Below, one piece after another: positions 28,071-37,537 of a stretch of 64,000 nt of DNA. The notes beneath the pieces were generated by a model that searched no databases, was not told the origin of the DNA, and saw nothing but the letters and a program-made list of their open reading frames with translations. The DNA comes from Thermodesulfobacteriota bacterium (GTDB lineage Bacteria > Desulfobacterota > Desulfarculia > JACQYL01). Position numbers and translations under genes: made by a program. Every line of letters starts with the position of its first letter. Position 1 is the first letter of the stretch. The stretch is from NCBI GenBank assembly GCA_963675595.2, contig CAXXLZ010000002.1, positions 4,576,001 to 4,640,000 on the forward strand, written 5' to 3'.

Positions 28071-29413
28071 CGTTTCCGGCGTACCGTTCGGGCCTTGATC
28101 ACGAACCTGAGGAAGGTTCCGAGGCGCCGTTGGAGCGGGGCAAAGCGGAACCATACGAATCAGAGGACATTGAGAGGGAAACCCGGCGAATTCAGAGAGT
28201 CGCTTTGATCGGGTTTCTACTCAATTTATCACTGGCTTTGATCAAGGCCGTGTTGGCGGTCTTTTCCAACAGCTTGGCCGTCACCGCCAGTTTTATCGAT
28301 TCCGGGAGCGATTGCGTCGCCTCGTTGGTGTTGTTTGCGGGGCTGAAACTATCCACGAGGAAGACGAAGACGTTTCCTCAAGGCTTGTATAAGATCGAGA
28401 ATTTCCTGTCCATTTTGGTGGCCCTCTTCATCATGTTCGCAGGATACGAGATCGCTCGTCGCATTATCGAGCCGGCTGCGGACCCCCCTCACATATCGGC
28501 GTCGGTGTTGGCGTGGCTGGCCGTGGGCGTGCCGGCGGTTCTGGGCTTCGGAATCTATGTGGGACGGGTGGCGAAGGAAACCGGTTCCCCCACACTGAGG
28601 GCCGAGAGTGGTCACCGGCGCGTGGATGTATTGTCTTCATTGGTGGTTCTGGCTTCCGCCGCCATGAATTATTTTGGAATTGAATATTCTCTGAGAGGTG
28701 TCTCCATAGATCAACTGGGAGCGGCACTGGTTTTGGTTTTCATCGCGAGTGCGGGATGGAGTCTTCTCTCGGACGGCATGCGGGTATTGCTGGATGCATC
28801 CATTGATTTTGGAACCCTGGAGCGGGTCCGGAGGATTATTGAGGGAGAACCCTCGGTTTCAGCGGTGAACTCCGTAGTGGGAAGAAACGCGGGAAGGTTC
28901 CTCTTTCTTCACGTGGACCTTGCACTGCGAATCAATGATCTTAAAAAGGCTCATCTGATCGGTGAAAGGCTTAAGGAAAGCGTAAGAAGTCAAGTTCCGA
29001 AAATCGAGCGCATTACCATCGAATATGAGCCCAAGTCCCGTGAAGTGTATCGTGTGGCCGTGCCCATTGTGGATCCCGAAGGCCGTATCGCCGACCATTT
29101 CGGAGAAGCACCCTATTTTGCGATCCTCAAGGTCCGTTTGGCGGATAAGGGAACCCAAATGGAAAAGATCCTTCCCAATCCCTTCCTCGATGTTCCTAAA
29201 GGAAAAGGCATTCGAGTGGCGGAATGGCTTGTGGATGAGAAAATCGACGAATTGGTCGTGAAGGAGTTACTGAAGCACAGAGGGCCGGGCTATGTGCTTT
29301 CCAACGCGGGGGTGCGACACCGGGAGGTTTCGTGTGAAACATTGGCGGAGCTGATGAATGAGGGCTCCGAACCGTGTCCGGAAGAAAAGAAAACGAAGGC
29401 AGTGGGAGTGTGA
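28067..29413 (+). CDS. Cation diffusion facilitator fused to a C-terminal NifB/NifX domain
   Basis: SLAVTAS.IDS.SD, FPQGLYKIE, H...D in TM5, ZT-dimer domain; then VAVP...DHFGEAPYF...GKGI. Confidence 0.9.
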   Translation: MTFPAYRSGLDHEPEEGSEAPLERGKAEPYESEDIERETRRIQRVALIGFLLNLSLALIKAVLAVFSNSLAVTASFIDSGSDCVASLVLFAGLKLSTRKTKTFPQGLYKIENFLSILVALFIMFAGYEIARRIIEPAADPPHISASVLAWLAVGVPAVLGFGIYVGRVAKETGSPTLRAESGHRRVDVLSSLVVLASAAMNYFGIEYSLRGVSIDQLGAALVLVFIASAGWSLLSDGMRVLLDASIDFGTLERVRRIIEGEPSVSAVNSVVGRNAGRFLFLHVDLALRINDLKKAHLIGERLKESVRSQVPKIERITIEYEPKSREVYRVAVPIVDPEGRIADHFGEAPYFAILKVRLADKGTQMEKILPNPFLDVPKGKGIRVAEWLVDEKIDELVVKELLKHRGPGYVLSNAGVRHREVSCETLAELMNEGSEPCPEEKKTKAVGV

Positions 29414-29515
29414 GTCCATGGAAGTATGAGAAGGGCCGATGCGCCGGCGTGGCGGGCATGGGGCTGATTCCGGACACAAATATCCCAAAATCGTGGGAGA
29501 TTGGGGGATTGGGCC

Positions 29516-30700
29516 ATGGATACGGACAAGAAGGGCGTGAGAGGGGCTGAAGGAACACGAAAAGGAAAGGCCGAAACGTCGGGAGAAGCCCGAGACTCAA
29601 TAATGATTTCGGAGACGGGAAGCGGAAACCGTGAACAGGAGTTCGATCGATTTGTAGTCGATAGCCTGCCTGTGGCGGTGGTCACCGTGGACTCGAACCT
29701 GAGAATCTCCGGATTCAACCCTTGGGCGGAAAGGATCACGGGGTATCGGGCCGGGGAAGCAAAAGGGCGGTTTTGCGGAGATATTCTTCACGGAGGCATG
29801 TGCGGCCTTCGGTGCCCCCTTAAGGCGGTCATGGGGCACAGAGAGCCGATTCTTGGGATGGATACGGTAATTCGCGGAAGGACGGGGAAGGATATCCAGG
29901 TACGGATGAGTATCGCCGGGCTGTTCGATTCGGAAGGGAGACTGCTGGGAGGAGTCGAAACCCTCCAGGACGTTTCCGCTTTGAAGGCTCTCGAACGAGA
30001 AAGATCCAATTTCATATCCATGATCGCTCATGACATGAAATCACCGGTCATCAGCATCCACGGGTTCGCTCATCGTTTGCTGAAGGGAGGCTGCGCCAAA
30101 GACGAGCAGGGCGAGAGATACCTGGAGATCATAGAGGGCGAAGCGGCCAAACTCGAAAGATTGATCAACGAGTTTCTGGAGTTTTCCCGGTACCAACCTG
30201 GAGTACTGACGCTTCACCCGAGCGCCACTTCTCTGGACAAAGAGCTTCATGAACTTCACGAAACCTATCTGCAGAGGGCCGAGGAGCGTGGCTTGACGCT
30301 GGAATTGCGCTCTGATGAGCCGCTGAGCATCATTTCCGCGGATACGGATCGTTTGCGAAGAGTATTTACCAATCTCCTGGATAACGCGATGAAGTTTTCG
30401 GAAGACGGGGGACGCATCACCATCTCGACCGAAGAGACGGCTTCGGAGATTCTAGTGATGATCAGTGATGAGGGGATCGGAATCGATCCCTCCGACCTTC
30501 CCCATGTGTTCGAGCCGTTCTACCGAGGACATGCCGGTGGGAAGAGGGAAGGATTCGGGCTGGGGCTCGCAGGGGCAAAGGCGATCGTCGAGAGCCACGG
30601 AGGATCGATTCAAGTGCAAAGCCGACCAGGGGAGGGATCCACGTTCAAGGTTGCGTTGCCGAAAGTTACGGACCCGAATCCCCAAAGACCGGCGCCGTGA
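29516..30700 (+). CDS. PAS-domain sensor histidine kinase
   Basis: PAS with CGDILHGGMCGLRC; H-box AHDMKSP, NLLDNAMKF, DEGIG, FEPF, GFGLGL. Confidence 0.93.
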   Translation: MDTDKKGVRGAEGTRKGKAETSGEARDSIMISETGSGNREQEFDRFVVDSLPVAVVTVDSNLRISGFNPWAERITGYRAGEAKGRFCGDILHGGMCGLRCPLKAVMGHREPILGMDTVIRGRTGKDIQVRMSIAGLFDSEGRLLGGVETLQDVSALKALERERSNFISMIAHDMKSPVISIHGFAHRLLKGGCAKDEQGERYLEIIEGEAAKLERLINEFLEFSRYQPGVLTLHPSATSLDKELHELHETYLQRAEERGLTLELRSDEPLSIISADTDRLRRVFTNLLDNAMKFSEDGGRITISTEETASEILVMISDEGIGIDPSDLPHVFEPFYRGHAGGKREGFGLGLAGAKAIVESHGGSIQVQSRPGEGSTFKVALPKVTDPNPQRPAP

Positions 30701-30817
30701 TTCCTACCTCGAGAGCGCGGTTCGTCCGGCTGTCACCGTTGCCGCAAGCGACCCGACCACCACGCAGATCCGGGGAATGCCTTCATTTGGTGCGAGAGCC
30801 TTACCGAAAAGTCGCTT

Positions 30818-31405
30818 TCAGGCGGACTCATCGTCCGTGGTCTTGGGGGTCTCCATAAGAAGATCTTTGAAGGCGAACAGGTACTTGTAGCCTGAGACAA
30901 TAGTGGCGAAGAGAATGGCCGCCATGATCAAATTGGAGACAATGGGCATGTGACGTCTGATGTAGACGTCATCATGGCCGAAAGGCGCCATAAAGAGCAG
31001 GATGCTCACTCCGACCATTTGAATCAGTGTCTTGGCTTTGCCCCAACGGTTGGCGTGGACTACGGTGGCGCGCTTTTGCGCCACGATGACGCGCAGCGAG
31101 GTGACGATGAGTTCTCGAGCGATCACGACAACCGCCATCCAGGCGGCCACGGTTTGGTACTTTACGAGCACCACGAACGCGGTCATCATCAGGAGTTTAT
31201 CCGCCAACGGATCCAGGATGGCGCCGAGGTCCGTAATCTCGCGCCTGGACCGGGCCAGGTAACCGTCCAAAGGGTCGGTGGCGCAGGCCAGGACAAAGAT
31301 GATCGAAGCCGCCACGCGAGTCCACGTAGTATTGGGAATCGTCAGCACCAGGAACACGGGGATCAACCCGATCCGAGCGAGGGTCACACGATTGGCAAGG
31401 GACAA
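30818..31405 (-). CDS. pgsA: CDP-diacylglycerol--glycerol-3-phosphate 3-phosphatidyltransferase
   Basis: N.VTLARI, TDPLDGYLAR...LGAILDPLADK, GKAKT..Q; TTG start at 31405 with GGAGG SD. Confidence 0.88.
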   Translation of the reverse strand: MSLANRVTLARIGLIPVFLVLTIPNTTWTRVAASIIFVLACATDPLDGYLARSRREITDLGAILDPLADKLLMMTAFVVLVKYQTVAAWMAVVVIARELIVTSLRVIVAQKRATVVHANRWGKAKTLIQMVGVSILLFMAPFGHDDVYIRRHMPIVSNLIMAAILFATIVSGYKYLFAFKDLLMETPKTTDDESA

Positions 31406-31454
31406 GATTGCCTCCGGGAAGGGAATATCTGATACGTTGTTGATGGTTTCGCAG

Positions 31455-32369
31455 TCAATCCGATGAAAGGATGGCCAGGAGCACGGAGGAGCGTTTGGCT
31501 TCCACCGGGGTTCGGTCCAGGATTTCACTCATCCTCTCGCTGTCGAGCCCCAAGTGTTTCCATACGGAATTCTCGAAGCGGGGAAGAGCGCTGCTGCCGC
31601 TGAAGCCGAACTTTCCTTTGATGCAGATGAAGTCGGCGATGTGTGTTAGGGCCACTAAGTCCGAGTGCTCTTTCGGGGCCTGCTCGGGCTCATGGTGGTA
31701 CAGGATTCCATAAAAAACGGAAGGTGGGAGGGACCATTTATAGGCAAGCCAAGCGCCCACCTGGGCGTGAGTCGCATGAAGGACTTCGCGTTCCGCCTCG
31801 GAAATGTGAATCCCTCGTTCGACGGTCAGCTCCAGGACCCGGCCGAAGGATTCGTTGAAATACTGTTCCAGGACGATTTTCCCCATGTCGTGCAACAGTC
31901 CCATGAGGTGCAACTCGTCCTTTCCATAGACACTGCTCAGCTCTCCTCCGCATACATCGTACACGATGCTGTTTATGACCCCGGTGGTAATGCAGTGCTG
32001 CCAGAACTTATTCAGGTCGAAGGAGCGAACTCGGAGACGGCCCAAAGTGGAAAACACGCTGGTCGTCAAGGCGATGTTCTTGATGGTCTTGAATCCCAGC
32101 CTGGCCACCGCCTGAGAAAGGGAGGAGATTTCCCTTCCGTCCACCGGACGATAAAAGGCGGAATTCACCACCTTTAATATCCGAGCCATAATACTCGGAT
32201 CATCTTCGATGATAGCCGCCACATCCTTGGCAGTGGTATCCGGGTTCTCGATGGCCTGCTCGATTTTCCGAATCACGATGGGGATTGTCGGCAGATCATC
32301 AATTGCCTCGAGCCCCATAAGCAAGGAATCGCCCAAGTTAAGGAGTTCTTTGGCGCTTTCAAGGCTCAT
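31455..32369 (-). CDS. Stand-alone HDOD-domain protein
   Basis: LPTIP, DPSI.ARILKVVNSAFY, GLLHDMGK, HAQVGAWL..W.LP, HHEP. Confidence 0.92.
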   Translation of the reverse strand: MSLESAKELLNLGDSLLMGLEAIDDLPTIPIVIRKIEQAIENPDTTAKDVAAIIEDDPSIMARILKVVNSAFYRPVDGREISSLSQAVARLGFKTIKNIALTTSVFSTLGRLRVRSFDLNKFWQHCITTGVINSIVYDVCGGELSSVYGKDELHLMGLLHDMGKIVLEQYFNESFGRVLELTVERGIHISEAEREVLHATHAQVGAWLAYKWSLPPSVFYGILYHHEPEQAPKEHSDLVALTHIADFICIKGKFGFSGSSALPRFENSVWKHLGLDSERMSEILDRTPVEAKRSSVLLAILSSD

Positions 32370-32541
32370 GACGTCCTCAATGGACCGGCTTTGCCTCGAT
32401 GTCGGCGAGTGAATGACCATAATTGACATTTACCTGCAATTTCGGTCTGTTATAGAAGTCACCATAGTCATGTTACAGCGTACATGTCAACCCTTTTGTG
32501 ACGGGACGCTTCCACGCGCCCCTCGCCGGTGCGTCTTGCGG

Positions 32542-33909
32542 CTAGGAGATCGAGTCCGGCGATTCGAATGCCGGTTTCAGGGGATCCAGTATTTTCTTTT
32601 CCACCCAGCCGGCGTCGAGCCACTCTACAGGGTTGACGAAAATTCCGTAGATCGCCGTTCCGAAGTGTAGATGGTCCCCTACGGCCAAGCCGCTGGTTCC
32701 GGTATGCCCGATAACTTGGCCTTTCTTCACGCTCTGGCCCGGAGTGACGGCGATGTTGGAGAGATGTGAATAAGTGGTGAACAGTCCGAATCCGTGGTCA
32801 ATGATTACAGTGTTTCCGTAAATGCCGGAATAGGAAGCGTCCGCCACAATGCCGTTGTTCGCTGCGGGCACGGGAGCCTGCGCCAGAGAGGCCAGATCGA
32901 GCCCTAAATGATACGAGTGACTGACGACTCGACCCTGGTAGAGGTAATCACGATAATCTGCGAACCCCGCCCGGGCGCCGGCGTTGGGAAGGGCCAGGAA
33001 CGCTCCCGACCAAAGCTTTTCGGCTATCGATTTGCTGCAGACTTCCCGGAAATGGTCTTCGTTGGACTTACGCATTTGGGTGTTCACGCGGACGAAGACA
33101 TCCAAAGGAGAGGCTTCGGAGGACAGTTCAGGATACTTGGAAACGAACTTCGATATGACCCGTTGGAGAAAAGAATCGGACAAGGTGATTTTGTCCTTGC
33201 TGAAGTTTTTTCCGGCGATCCGATAGGGGAAGGATGCTTCTCCGCGATTGCCTGCGCGGTCTTTCGCGACGACCTTGAGCTGAACTTCCGCAGTGTCGTA
33301 AGGCAGCGCGATCATGGACAGGAAAAGTCCGACCTTTCCTTCCAAGGGCAGGCCGTGGAAAAGTCTTTCATTGACCATCACGCCCTGCTCCAATACTTCT
33401 TTGGATATTCTATAGAGGACCGCGGCCGAACCCCCTTGATTCATATAGCGGGTGTTTGAAACCACCGTGATCATGGGCACGGCGGTGTCTACGATGATTT
33501 TCTGTTCGAGAGTCGTGCGGTTGCCGTGAAACCATTCCGCAAGAGAATAGTCCCGAACCTGAACCTTCAGCAGAGCTTCGCCGTCCTGAATCCCCAGCTT
33601 GATGGGTGTCAGCGGAATTTCATAGGTCTTGCTCCGCTCGTCGCCTCCTTCCAGGAGGCCGGCCGAAGGATACAGCTCTTCAAGGAGAACAACCGGCTTG
33701 TCGCGCTGCTCGATGGTGACCTTTATGTCTCGGAGACCGGAGGCTTCGTCCAAAGCGTCGATTCTGAGAGTGGCTTCGCGCCCCAAGTACTTGAGTTCGG
33801 ACCAAGAGACTTCGGGGGGGGTGCCTTCGAATCTGACGATGTAGAACCACACCAGGGGAATCAGGATTGCGAGGACGATGAGAAGGAGAAACAAGGGTCT
33901 TCGAAACAC
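32542..33909 (-). CDS. M23-family metallo-endopeptidase
   Basis: N-terminal TM segment; HLGLD (HxxxD), YGNTVIIDHG, YSHL, HLHF. Confidence 0.92.
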   Translation of the reverse strand: MFRRPLFLLLIVLAILIPLVWFYIVRFEGTPPEVSWSELKYLGREATLRIDALDEASGLRDIKVTIEQRDKPVVLLEELYPSAGLLEGGDERSKTYEIPLTPIKLGIQDGEALLKVQVRDYSLAEWFHGNRTTLEQKIIVDTAVPMITVVSNTRYMNQGGSAAVLYRISKEVLEQGVMVNERLFHGLPLEGKVGLFLSMIALPYDTAEVQLKVVAKDRAGNRGEASFPYRIAGKNFSKDKITLSDSFLQRVISKFVSKYPELSSEASPLDVFVRVNTQMRKSNEDHFREVCSKSIAEKLWSGAFLALPNAGARAGFADYRDYLYQGRVVSHSYHLGLDLASLAQAPVPAANNGIVADASYSGIYGNTVIIDHGFGLFTTYSHLSNIAVTPGQSVKKGQVIGHTGTSGLAVGDHLHFGTAIYGIFVNPVEWLDAGWVEKKILDPLKPAFESPDSIS

Positions 33910-34568
33910 TAGCCAACCTCCTTGAGTTTCGGTTCTTCGTGGATGGAATATCGGGCCAATCTACGAATCACAACGTTGAAAAGCGCGAATACCACATCCA
34001 ATTGAAAGTGATGTAACACGCTTCGATCCACCAGGGGAACCATCCGGGCGGCGAATTCTTCATCGCCGCAATAGAGAACGAATCCCACGGGAACCTTGGG
34101 CAGCGTGATTACGGAGAAAGCCGCATCGCCATAAGAAAGGGGTGAGCCTCCCATTCTTTCTCCCAGTTTGAGGAAAGCGTTGGGAGAGTCGCCGAATCGT
34201 TGGATCAAAGGGTGAGTGTCGATGGCGTGGGGGCCCTGAAAAAACAGGTTACCCCCCGGGAGCTCACCGGGAGTCACCATGGGGCCTATGGGTATGGCCT
34301 CCCCGGCGTGGACGAGGTAGGTGAGCAGAACCAGGCAGAGCTCAAAATTTCGGGCCGGGGGAAGGTCTCGGGTACCGAGGACGATCGATTCCGCCTCGGG
34401 GTCGAGGACATAGAGCCGGTCCATGAAGGGAAGAGAGTATCGACCGCTTGTCGACTCGAAGGAGGCTTCCGTCCTTCGCGTTACGTCCCGAGGAGCCATA
34501 CTACGTAGACGGGACCAGAGACGATCATCCAGCTGGAAAGGGAATCGTAGTTCGGTGGGGTTTCCCAT
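33909..34568 (-). CDS. DUF3786-like protein
   Basis: LLTYL, ELPGG.LFF.GPH, GDAA...LPKVP...GDEEF. Confidence 0.75.
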   Translation of the reverse strand: MGNPTELRFPFQLDDRLWSRLRSMAPRDVTRRTEASFESTSGRYSLPFMDRLYVLDPEAESIVLGTRDLPPARNFELCLVLLTYLVHAGEAIPIGPMVTPGELPGGNLFFQGPHAIDTHPLIQRFGDSPNAFLKLGERMGGSPLSYGDAAFSVITLPKVPVGFVLYCGDEEFAARMVPLVDRSVLHHFQLDVVFALFNVVIRRLARYSIHEEPKLKEVG

Positions 34569-34811
34569 GCGGTTCCTGGAGCGGTCCGATTATATCCTAC
34601 GGTCGCGGAGTTAGAGTCACAAATGAACATCAGGATAGCCCATCGCCTGAGATTTGCCAAACGGTTGTTGTGATGAATGAAGGGGGCATGCTCGAGCGAT
34701 GGATTTTGACGGGGCACGAATCCGGCGACCGTCCGAGACTCTGTTCGAATGAGAAATCGGGGAGGAGCCGGAGCCCCGCGGCCCTCCTTGCGTCACCGCG
34801 AGGATTGCAGT

Positions 34812-36560
34812 ATGTTCGCTCGAATGACGGCTCTCACAAAAGAACTCAACAGATGGCGGGTACTGAGTTCGGACTCGGCTCCCATGGAAGACTTCGCCCG
34901 CCGAACCGGCCTTTCGGCCGTTGCGGCCACAATCCTCTGGAATCGTGGAATGAGGACTTCGGAAGAGGTTCGCTGTTTTCTTCATCCTTCCTTGGCCGGG
35001 ATGGAACCGCCGTTCGGCATGCTGGATATGGGGGCGGCCGTCGAAAGGATTCTTTCTGCGCTCGAACGTCGAGAAACGGTGGCGGTTTACGGAGACTACG
35101 ACGCCGACGGAGTGACCGCGACGGCGCTGCTCCACTTGTTTCTGAAGGAGATCGGACTTCCCTCTCTGGTTTACCTGCCCAACCGCTTCAGAGATGGGTA
35201 CGGCTTGAACCGGCGGGCGTTGGAAGCCTTGGCCCGGCAAGGCGTCACCCTGGTGATCACCGTGGACTGCGGCGTCTCGGATCACCGTGAGGTGGAAACA
35301 GCGCACAGGTTGGGCATGGATGTAATCGTCACCGATCACCACGAACCACCGCCCCATAGGACATCGGCCGCAGCCGTCATTAATCCGAAGCAGTCTTCGT
35401 GCCCCTATCCCCACGAAGGCCTCGCGGGCGTTGGCGTAGCTCTCAACTTGGCGGTTGCTCTAAGAGCGGCCTTGAGGACCCATGCTCCCGCGAATCCGGG
35501 CGCCGAGACCAACCTGAAATCCTATCTCGATTTGGTGGCATTGGGAACCATCGCGGATTTGGTGCCATTAACCGGTCAGAATCGAATCCTGGCCAAGGCG
35601 GGTCTGGAAGTACTCTCAAATGGTCCGCGGCCCGGTCTGGCGGCGCTCAAACGGGTGGCCGCCGTGAACGGCCCCGCGGTCAGCGGCGAAGACGTGGCTT
35701 TCCGACTGGCTCCACGATTAAACGCTGCGGGGCGCATGGGAGACCCTATGGAGGCTTTCGAGCTGTTGGTCGCGGAAGACTCGGGGACTGCGTCCCGGTT
35801 GGCGGCGGGCCTCGAACAGAGGAATGTGGAGAGAAAGGGAGCCGAAGGGAGACTGTTTCGCGTGGCTCTGGCCCAGGCTGGAAAAAGAGGGAGGGAGCCT
35901 CAGGGTGGAATTGTGCTGGCCGGAGCCGATTGGCATCTGGGGATCATCGGCTTGATCGCCTCAAAGATCAGAGAGCATTTCAATCTACCGACCTTGGTGG
36001 TCAGTCTGAACGGGGGTATGGGGCACGGTTCCGGTCGCGGAGTACCGGGCATGAATCTGGTGGAAACTCTTCGGGCATGCAAAGATTACCTGGTTTCGTT
36101 CGGGGGCCATGCCGGCGCGGTGGGTTTTCGCGTGAAAGAGGAGCGTCTCGCCGATTTTGCCGGGGCCTTCCAGGAAGTCGCCTCCCAAAACGTCCGGGTC
36201 GAAGTCGAGGTTGCGCCCATTTGCGTGGACGCTCGAGTCCCTCTGGACAGCATGACCTATGAAACCGCCCTTGAACTGGAACGTTTAGGGCCTTTCGGCC
36301 AGGGGAATCCGGAACCCGTATTTCTTTCCGAGGGAGTCTGTGTGGTGAGCAAGAGATGGATTCGAGAAAAACATCTTGTTCTGAACCTGATGACCGAAAA
36401 GGGACGTTCCATCAGAGCCGTGGGGTTCAATATGGAGGAGGGGACTGCGGATTCCGCACCCGGCTCCCTGGATCTGGTGTACACGCCGTCGGTCAATCGT
36501 TACGGAGGCAAGGACGAACTTCAGCTTCGCATTTTGGACGTGTCCCCGTCACCGCTCTGA
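34812..36560 (+). CDS. recJ: ssDNA exonuclease RecJ
   Basis: GDYDADG, GYGLN, TVDCG, TDHH, LGTIAD, PRLNAAGR, GGHAGA, PFGQGNPEP. Confidence 0.96.
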   Translation: MFARMTALTKELNRWRVLSSDSAPMEDFARRTGLSAVAATILWNRGMRTSEEVRCFLHPSLAGMEPPFGMLDMGAAVERILSALERRETVAVYGDYDADGVTATALLHLFLKEIGLPSLVYLPNRFRDGYGLNRRALEALARQGVTLVITVDCGVSDHREVETAHRLGMDVIVTDHHEPPPHRTSAAAVINPKQSSCPYPHEGLAGVGVALNLAVALRAALRTHAPANPGAETNLKSYLDLVALGTIADLVPLTGQNRILAKAGLEVLSNGPRPGLAALKRVAAVNGPAVSGEDVAFRLAPRLNAAGRMGDPMEAFELLVAEDSGTASRLAAGLEQRNVERKGAEGRLFRVALAQAGKRGREPQGGIVLAGADWHLGIIGLIASKIREHFNLPTLVVSLNGGMGHGSGRGVPGMNLVETLRACKDYLVSFGGHAGAVGFRVKEERLADFAGAFQEVASQNVRVEVEVAPICVDARVPLDSMTYETALELERLGPFGQGNPEPVFLSEGVCVVSKRWIREKHLVLNLMTEKGRSIRAVGFNMEEGTADSAPGSLDLVYTPSVNRYGGKDELQLRILDVSPSPL

Positions 36561-36625
36561 GCCTCGATTAGCATTCCCCTCGCTCGGTCCCGGAGGCGGC
36601 GAATGAGAGTGATTTTGGGGAGGTG

Positions 36626-36663
36626 AAAAAAGGCGGGAACCTCGGAAGAGGTTGCCCGCCTTT
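36626..36663 (-). terminator. Intrinsic terminator between convergent recJ and hflC
   Basis: Hairpin AAAGGCGGG-AACCTC-GGAA-GAGGTT-G-CCCGCCTTT with an A6 run that gives a U-tract on the minus strand. Confidence 0.75.
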
Positions 36664-36688
36664 CGAAATGAGCTCGCCTTACTTGGGA

Positions 36689-37537
36689 TCAGCGCATGTA
36701 TTTGAAGAAGGGACTGTCGGTCCCGAGCACCAATGTGCTGTCGTCCTTCAGGCCGTTCTTATAGGCTTCCAAGCTTCGTTGAAACGCATAGAATTCAGGA
36801 TTCTGCTCGAACGCCTCGGCGAAGATCTTTATGGACTCGGCGTCGCCCTTGCCTTTGATTTCTTGGGACTGCCGATAAGCATCCGCGAGGATCACCGCCT
36901 TCTCCTTGTCCGCCGTGGAGCGAATTTTCTGGGCCTCTTCCATGCCTTCCGAACGGTACTTCTTGGCTTGTCGTTCGCGTTCCGCACTCATTCGTCCAAA
37001 CACCGCCCGTTCGTTTTCAACGGGGAGATCGGCTCGCTTGATGCGTACGTCCACGACCTCAATGCCGTAGTCACGGGCGACCTTGTCGCTTCGTTCGGTC
37101 ACATTGGCCATGATCCGGGCGCGGGTCTTGGAAAGAATATCGGTCAGGGTGTGGACACCCAACTCTACACGAAGTTCCGAATAGATGATGTCGTCCAGGC
37201 GTGAGACGCCCCCCGGAACCGTGCGCACCGTCTGGTAGAACTTAAGCGGATCCACGATGCGCCATTTGGAGTAATTGTCCACCACCAAGTTCTTCTTGTC
37301 CTCGGTCAGAATTTCCGCGGGGGCGGCGTCGTATTCAAGAATTCTCTTTTCGAAGAAAATCACCTGCTGGAGAAAGGGAATCTTGAAGTGAAGCCCCGGA
37401 CCGCGCACGCCTTCCACCGGCTTTCCAAGTTGGACCAGAAGGGCCTGTTGGGTCTGATCCACAATGAAGGTGGAAAGATTGACGGCAATGAGTGCGACAA
37501 CCACGGCGACGGCAAGAATTCCGGTAGTCCTGTTCAT
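36689..37537 (-). CDS. hflC: FtsH modulator HflC
   Basis: SPFH domain: PGLHFKIP, VDVRIKRADLP, RMSAER, FYAFQRSLEAY. Confidence 0.96.
   Translation of the reverse strand: MNRTTGILAVAVVVALIAVNLSTFIVDQTQQALLVQLGKPVEGVRGPGLHFKIPFLQQVIFFEKRILEYDAAPAEILTEDKKNLVVDNYSKWRIVDPLKFYQTVRTVPGGVSRLDDIIYSELRVELGVHTLTDILSKTRARIMANVTERSDKVARDYGIEVVDVRIKRADLPVENERAVFGRMSAERERQAKKYRSEGMEEAQKIRSTADKEKAVILADAYRQSQEIKGKGDAESIKIFAEAFEQNPEFYAFQRSLEAYKNGLKDDSTLVLGTDSPFFKYMR

Noticed and set aside
32464-32474. ATAGTCATGTT is shared with the bam promoter region (43949-43959)
   Set aside because: A single 11-mer match can occur by chance in 64 kb; here it overlaps a plausible sigma-70 promoter (TTGACA-N18-TATGGT, minus strand) and lacks the palindrome
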